The notes under the pieces were generated by a model. The model searched no databases, was not told where the DNA came from, and saw only the letters and a program-made list of their open reading frames with translations. 64,000 nucleotides of DNA from Treponema sp. UBA3813. GTDB taxonomy: Bacteria > Spirochaetota > Spirochaetia > Treponematales > Treponemataceae. The stretch lies in the NCBI RefSeq assembly GCF_002368605.1, contig NZ_DFEB01000027.1. One strand, 5' to 3'. Every line of letters starts with the position of its first letter. Position 1 is the stretch's first letter. Of this stretch, positions 59,163 to 64,000 are shown in pieces. The position numbers and the translations under genes were made by a program.

Positions 59163-59265
59163 AAAAAAAAGACGGCCGGAGTCGGGGTTGCGACACAAAC
59201 TCGCCTGAGCTTTGCTCACTGCGATGTTTGATGGCGCGTTCCCGACGGGAGGCCGTCTTTTTTTT
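59163..59265. terminator. Bidirectional terminator formed by an unusually long (~100 nt) imperfect hairpin
   Basis: A8-GACGGCC..GTCGGG..CAAAC-TCGC-TGAGC-ttt-GCTCA-GCGA-GTTTG..CCCGAC..GGCCGTC-T8 between convergent genes. Confidence 0.75.
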
Positions 59266-59281
59266 GTTTTTATTGTGTTTC

Positions 59282-60307
59282 TTATGCCTGAAGAGCTGTA
59301 ACTGCTACTGTATCGACGATTTCGTCTACATTACAGCCGCGGCTAAGGTCGTTGAGCGGTTTTGCAAAGCCCTGACAAACAGGACCGATTGCCTTCCAGC
59401 CACCCATGCGGGCTGCGATTTTGTAACCGATGTTTCCTGCATTGATGTTGGGGAAGATGAATGTGTTTGCATGACCAGCAACTTTGCTGCCCGGAGCCTT
59501 GAGTTCGCCGACTTCTGGAGCGATTGCGGCGTCAAACTGGAATTCGCCGTCCAAAGCCAAATCCGGTGCCTTTTCGTGAGCGATGTTCGTTGCGTGAACG
59601 ACCTTTTCGACTGTGTTGCCGTCTTTTGGGTCGGCTCCAGAGCCTTTTGTTGAGAATGAGAGCATTGCGACTCTTGGCTCGATTCCTGCGATTGCCTTTG
59701 CTGTTCCTGCAGAAGCGATTGCAATGTCTGCCAGCTGATTCTCGTCTGGGTTGATGTTGATTGCACAGTCACCGAAAACTGCGATTCCCTCTGAGAGATA
59801 TTTGTTTCCGCCCTCTGGAGCAACCATAATGAAGCATGAAGAAACAGTGCTGCATCCAGGAGCTGTTTTGATAACCTGAAGTCCAGGGCGGAGAGTGTTT
59901 GCCGTTGAGTGGCAAGCGCCAGAAACGAAACCGTCAGCGTCTCCTGCCTTGAGGATAAGAGCGCCGTACATTGTGTAATCTTTGAGGGCGGCAGCTTTTG
60001 CGGCAGCTACATCAGCGTATTCAGGAAGACCAGTCTTTTTGTTGAGTTTTCCTTCGCGGGCTTTGTACAAGATTTCTGCGTATTTGTCTGCCTTTGAATC
60101 TTTTGTCGGGTCAACGATGTCAACGCCAGCCATGTCAAAGCCGAATTTTTTGATGTCATCTTCGTTTCCAAGAAGGGTGATTTTTGCGATTCCTTCTTTA
60201 ACGATGCGTGAAGCCGCCTCAACGACGCGTTTGTCTTCACCTTCACAGAGAACAATTCTTTTGCCAGCGGCTTTTGCCTTGGCACGAAGTTCTTTTACAA
60301 AATCCAT
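59282..60307 (-). CDS. pta: Phosphate acetyltransferase
   Basis: EGEDKRV, DGFVSGA, FGDCAIN, RVAMLSFSTKGS, DGEFQFDAA, AGNIGYK and NDLSRGC. Confidence 0.96.
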   Translation of the reverse strand: MDFVKELRAKAKAAGKRIVLCEGEDKRVVEAASRIVKEGIAKITLLGNEDDIKKFGFDMAGVDIVDPTKDSKADKYAEILYKAREGKLNKKTGLPEYADVAAAKAAALKDYTMYGALILKAGDADGFVSGACHSTANTLRPGLQVIKTAPGCSTVSSCFIMVAPEGGNKYLSEGIAVFGDCAININPDENQLADIAIASAGTAKAIAGIEPRVAMLSFSTKGSGADPKDGNTVEKVVHATNIAHEKAPDLALDGEFQFDAAIAPEVGELKAPGSKVAGHANTFIFPNINAGNIGYKIAARMGGWKAIGPVCQGFAKPLNDLSRGCNVDEIVDTVAVTALQA

Positions 60308-60342
60308 AATTTTGCCTCGTATATAAAAAATATAAATAAATT

Positions 60343-60420
60343 CCTCACAGAGGTCACAGAGACGACAGAGGGAAACTTGAAAAACAAAAATCTCTCTGTG
60401 AACTCCTAAACTCTGTGAGG
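60343..60420. repeat. 9-nt periodic CACAGAG inverted-repeat element
   Basis: CCTCACAGAG (60343) and CTCTGTGAGG (60411) with further inner units; a related half copy lies at 59099-59127. Confidence 0.7.
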
Positions 60421-60424
60421 GATT

Positions 60425-62080
60425 TTAGTAACCATCTGACATTGCTCGGTTCAGATCACGCTGATAAAGTTCGGCGTAAACAGGACTTCGCATTTTGAGG
60501 TCGTCTTTTTTGGCTTGATTGAATGGAACGAAACGCCAGAAAACTGCGCGCAACTCTTTGTCCATTCGCTGGATACCGTCAACCTCTTTTGTCATCCACA
60601 AAACATAGTCTGCGATGAAGTAAGATTTTAGGTCGCCCTTGAGCTTTTGTCGTTCAATCCACTGGTAATACTGACCGGTAAGACCTTCTTCCATCCAGTA
60701 GTAGCTGGCCTTTTCTTTTGCAACCTGCCATCTCAAGTCTGCAACTGCCATAAGAATTGCGATTTTAAGGTCGCGGGGGTACATGGGAATTACGATTCGT
60801 CCACGGCTAGTGACGCGATTGTAGCGGTCGAAAGGCTCCCAGCAGAAACCAAAATCACCGTAAGTTGGCAAGCAGAGAACATAAGGAACGATGCGGTTCT
60901 TCATATTCTTGTGGACTCGGATAAAGCATTCAGGATCGTTGTCTTCTACCCATTTGAGAATATTGAGGACATTCTCACGGAAACCGGTGAGTCGGGGAAC
61001 ACAGTGATAGAACTCGCGGGTAAAAATCGGGAACTGGTTACCCTGACGGCCACAGGTCATTTTTGCCATCTGGCGGACAGTTTGGAATTCTATCATAATG
61101 TCGCCAGTGCTGACTTCCATTGCCTCTGGCTGTGCGCTCATCTTGTCTTCGAGAGAGCTACCGATTGCCTTTGCTTCTTCGAATTCTTTAATATATCCGA
61201 CCAATTCTTTGTCAAGTTTTTGCAAAGCACGGAGTTTTTCCTGAATTTCAGCGAACAAATGCTTTTGACCTTCAGTATAGGTCTGTTTGTGTGGCTCAAG
61301 GCCAATCATCGGGCTGTGCTCGCAGAGTGAATCAACTCTGTTTTTAAGCTCGTTTTCCAGCATTTGACGCTCGCTTTCTTTTGAATTGAGCAAACTCTCA
61401 GCATTCTGCAATTTACCGTCATTTTTGCTTTTGAGTTGCTGAATGCGCTGAGCTTCTGCCCCCGGATCATTTTTTCGCGGAGTTCGAGCCTCATCTGTAG
61501 CAGAAAGAGTTAAGCGCCCTGATGCGATTTCTTTGAACCATTCGTCCATATAATAGACTGGCTCGCCAGTATTATTTTCAAGAATTACGGTAGAAAAAAG
61601 CTGCTTTTGTTCGGGAGTGAAAAGAGAAGGAAGAACAACACCGAAACGGAGAAGCATTTTTTTAGGTTTTTCGAGAGAACTGTCTCCTGCTTTTGTACAC
61701 ATGACGCGGATAAGCTCCCACCATGAAGTGACAATCTGCTGACGATAGACAGTGCGGTCTTTTGGATCCTGACAAGTAAGATACTTTGAAAGGATTTTGT
61801 GGACACGCTGAGCCTGCTCTCCTTCGCCTCCAAGAGCCGTTTTGTAATAAGCAGGATCATCAAAATAGTGATTTGACTCGTCTTCGTAGAATTTAGTGAT
61901 TTCTTTGAAGCCTTGCTGTGACAAATCAACTTTGTGGGCAACTTCAGAGGCTTTATCTTCTACAGGTTTTGGCGGATTGTCAGAAATATCTTTAAAAGAA
62001 GGTAAATCACTAGGTCCTGATTCAGCTTCGGTTTCTGCAAGCAAAGCTGCAATCGTGGGGTCTAAATCCATATCTGTCAT
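60425..62080 (-). CDS. Conserved hypothetical cytoplasmic protein with a central coiled coil
   Basis: 551-aa ORF, SD GAGG, heptad-rich middle region and an aromatic C-terminal domain (PTYGDFGFCWEP, WMEEGLTGQYY). Confidence 0.85.
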   Translation of the reverse strand: MTDMDLDPTIAALLAETEAESGPSDLPSFKDISDNPPKPVEDKASEVAHKVDLSQQGFKEITKFYEDESNHYFDDPAYYKTALGGEGEQAQRVHKILSKYLTCQDPKDRTVYRQQIVTSWWELIRVMCTKAGDSSLEKPKKMLLRFGVVLPSLFTPEQKQLFSTVILENNTGEPVYYMDEWFKEIASGRLTLSATDEARTPRKNDPGAEAQRIQQLKSKNDGKLQNAESLLNSKESERQMLENELKNRVDSLCEHSPMIGLEPHKQTYTEGQKHLFAEIQEKLRALQKLDKELVGYIKEFEEAKAIGSSLEDKMSAQPEAMEVSTGDIMIEFQTVRQMAKMTCGRQGNQFPIFTREFYHCVPRLTGFRENVLNILKWVEDNDPECFIRVHKNMKNRIVPYVLCLPTYGDFGFCWEPFDRYNRVTSRGRIVIPMYPRDLKIAILMAVADLRWQVAKEKASYYWMEEGLTGQYYQWIERQKLKGDLKSYFIADYVLWMTKEVDGIQRMDKELRAVFWRFVPFNQAKKDDLKMRSPVYAELYQRDLNRAMSDGY

Positions 62081-62163
62081 CTATGCGCATCCTCGAAAAA
62101 ATTAGTCAAAATTCATTTTAATTATAACACAAGTCTGAATTTTTTTCATCATAAATCGATAAA

Positions 62164-63246
62164 TTATACAAAGTCATAGCTGTGCAGGCTCACTTCCCCG
62201 GAAGACAATTCTTCTAGCCCGCCGCTTTCTCTTTCGACCACAAGTTTTATTTCCGGAGTAATTTCCTTGACCGTTGCCCTGTAGCTTTCAAAAGTGCTTC
62301 CCGCCACAGGATTTACCGTCACTTTTTGACCAATTAGCATTGAATTCTTGCGATATTCGGCAATCATCTGATTTTTTACTGCTTCATCGTCATTTTCAAA
62401 AGAATCGTAGAATTGAATGAGATTTTTTACGACTTCCGCAATCACGCGATTTTTTGAAACTTCGGGCATTTTTTCATTTTTTTCGATTTTTGCCTCTTCC
62501 ACGCTGCCCGCGATTTTCGTGATTTCGCCGGAAAGGGCTGGATTTTTGCGGAGATTGATTCCGATTCCGACCACAGCCGCATCGATTGTGCCTGTCTCAA
62601 AATTTGCGATTCCCTCAACTAAGATTCCAGAAACTTTTTTACCGGCGAGAAAAATGTCGTTCACCCATTTTATTGAAGGATTTTCGCCATAAAGATTTTT
62701 AATCGCCCTGGAGACAGATACAGCGGCAGCAGCCGTATACAAAGCGGGATTTTTCACGCCGTTTTTCGGGGAATACAAAAGCGAAAAATAAACGCCCACA
62801 TCGGCAGAAGAAACAAAGGTTCGCCCCAATCTGCCCTTTCCCCCGGTCTGACTTTCCGCGGCAAAAAGGGAAAGATGTGCGGATTTTCCTTTTTCGGTGA
62901 GATTTCCCGCCGCGTCACGAAAAGCACCCACATCGACCGCCCGCCTTTTCGCCTCAGAATTGGTAGAATCTATTTCGTCAAAAATGAAGACTTGCAAGCC
63001 TAAAACGCCGCAATCCTTCAAATTTGAAGAGATAATTTCTGAAGAAAGCCTGTCCGGGCTTGAAAGAATCCTGTAACCACGGTTAGTGACCGCCTCAATT
63101 TTGTAGCCCTCGTCTTCAATGGAGCGGATTGCCTTCCAGATTGCCGTGCGCGAAACCTGACAGGAAGAAGCCAATTCCTCGCCAGAGAGAAATTCACCAT
63201 TTTTGAGAGAAAGCAAAGATTGAAGGACGCTGTTTTTCGTAGACAT
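62164..63246 (-). CDS. birA: Bifunctional biotin-protein ligase / repressor
   Basis: N-terminal wHTH (LSGEELA..VSRTAIWKAI), DSTN, QTGGKGRLGR, KWVND, KKVSGILVE and GIGIN. Confidence 0.95.
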   Translation of the reverse strand: MSTKNSVLQSLLSLKNGEFLSGEELASSCQVSRTAIWKAIRSIEDEGYKIEAVTNRGYRILSSPDRLSSEIISSNLKDCGVLGLQVFIFDEIDSTNSEAKRRAVDVGAFRDAAGNLTEKGKSAHLSLFAAESQTGGKGRLGRTFVSSADVGVYFSLLYSPKNGVKNPALYTAAAAVSVSRAIKNLYGENPSIKWVNDIFLAGKKVSGILVEGIANFETGTIDAAVVGIGINLRKNPALSGEITKIAGSVEEAKIEKNEKMPEVSKNRVIAEVVKNLIQFYDSFENDDEAVKNQMIAEYRKNSMLIGQKVTVNPVAGSTFESYRATVKEITPEIKLVVERESGGLEELSSGEVSLHSYDFV

Positions 63247-63920
63247 TATTTTTTCTTTCCAAGAAGGGTAAAATCCTCGACTGGAGAAGAAAATGCGATT
63301 CCCATGCCCGGCTCTTTAAGACATTTGACTTCCTTAATTGCAGAAAGGACTGCTTCTTTTTGCTCGTGGCCAACAACGATGACCAGCATGTCTTTTTCGG
63401 GAACGATGTGCATTCCGAAGAATTTTGCGTCGTCCTCACGGGCAGTTCCCCGCGCGTTAATCACCGTTCCGCCTGTAGCACCGGCTTTTCGGGCGGCAAA
63501 CATCACATCGTCGGCATAGCCCTTGTTCACGATGACCGTAATCATATCGCTGGATTTTGTATTCTCATTCATTTTTTCTTCTCCTTTTGAATCGCTGGAT
63601 TCTGTTTTTCCAGAAACGATGCCGGCTTTTAATGTGGAATCGACTGCAAGGGTAAAAAGACAGCCGAAATCAGCTTTTTCATTTTTTGCAGAATCAAGGA
63701 TTGCGCTCATAATTGCCGATTTTTTTTCTGAATCAATGACCATGTAAATCAAATCTTTTGTGGTCTCGCCAGTTCCCAAAATCGCACCGAAATTTGACTT
63801 TGCAAGAGCCCGCCCCATTAAGACCGTGCCGCCACCGCAGCCAGCCGCAACTGCCGCCTTGGTGAGTTTTTCGCCCTTGTCATGGGGAACGATGCTTATA
63901 ATCAGTGAAAATGCGCTCAT
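63246..63920 (-). CDS. Tandem PII-like domain protein (DUF1538-associated type)
   Basis: Two repeats: AAVAAGCGGGTVLMGRA and AARKAGATGGTVINARG...PEKD...PGMGIAFSSPV. Confidence 0.85.
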   Translation of the reverse strand: MSAFSLIISIVPHDKGEKLTKAAVAAGCGGGTVLMGRALAKSNFGAILGTGETTKDLIYMVIDSEKKSAIMSAILDSAKNEKADFGCLFTLAVDSTLKAGIVSGKTESSDSKGEEKMNENTKSSDMITVIVNKGYADDVMFAARKAGATGGTVINARGTAREDDAKFFGMHIVPEKDMLVIVVGHEQKEAVLSAIKEVKCLKEPGMGIAFSSPVEDFTLLGKKK

Positions 63921-64000
63921 TCTGCTGCCTCCGTAGATTCCATCACGAGTTCGGAATGACTGTTTTCCGCACGATTCGACTTAATCTTAAAGATGATTCC
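63917..64000 (-). CDS. C-terminal fragment of an upstream gene, possibly a DUF1538 membrane protein
   Basis: GIIFKIKSNRAENSHSELVMESTEAAE* with ATGA overlap into the PII-like gene. Family inferred from context only. Confidence 0.5.
   Translation of the reverse strand, partial: GIIFKIKSNRAENSHSELVMESTEAAE

Noticed and set aside
59163-59265. GC-rich structure as a tRNA
   Set aside because: It is an unbranched hairpin with no cloverleaf or T-loop.

Overview
The window looks like chromosomal DNA from a spirochaete, most likely a rumen- or gut-type Treponema. This is inferred from the spirochaetal lipoboxes, Treponema-like conserved hypotheticals and pectin esterases. From left to right it holds: (1) a truncated secreted protein; (2) a nine-gene cluster collinear with the first half (apeB-apeJ) of proteobacterial aryl-polyene clusters; (3) a pyrB-pyrI-pyrC operon with a solute-binding lipoprotein and a Cache-GGDEF cyclase sitting between pyrB and pyrI; (4) fbp, a lipoprotein plus beta-barrel pair, tex, an unannotated 56-aa lipoprotein and a GGDEF-PilZ pair; (5) two CE8 pectin methylesterase lipoproteins with a divergent LacI-sensor/AraC regulator, separated by an islet carrying an Rpn-family nuclease and an unannotated type I toxin-antitoxin-like locus; (6) proA-proB-proC-ilvY; and (7) housekeeping genes (pfk, rsmI, flgM with a perfect sigma-28 promoter, trmH, nif3, lspA, pta, birA, a PII-like gene). 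Sequence-level signals include many -10 boxes 6-9 nt before ATG with no SD (probably leaderless mRNAs), a REP-like palindrome present both between genes and in frame inside an enzyme gene, and 7-nt and 9-nt periodic repeats. I saw no rRNA, tRNA or CRISPR array. All family calls come from motif recognition by eye; no database search was run.
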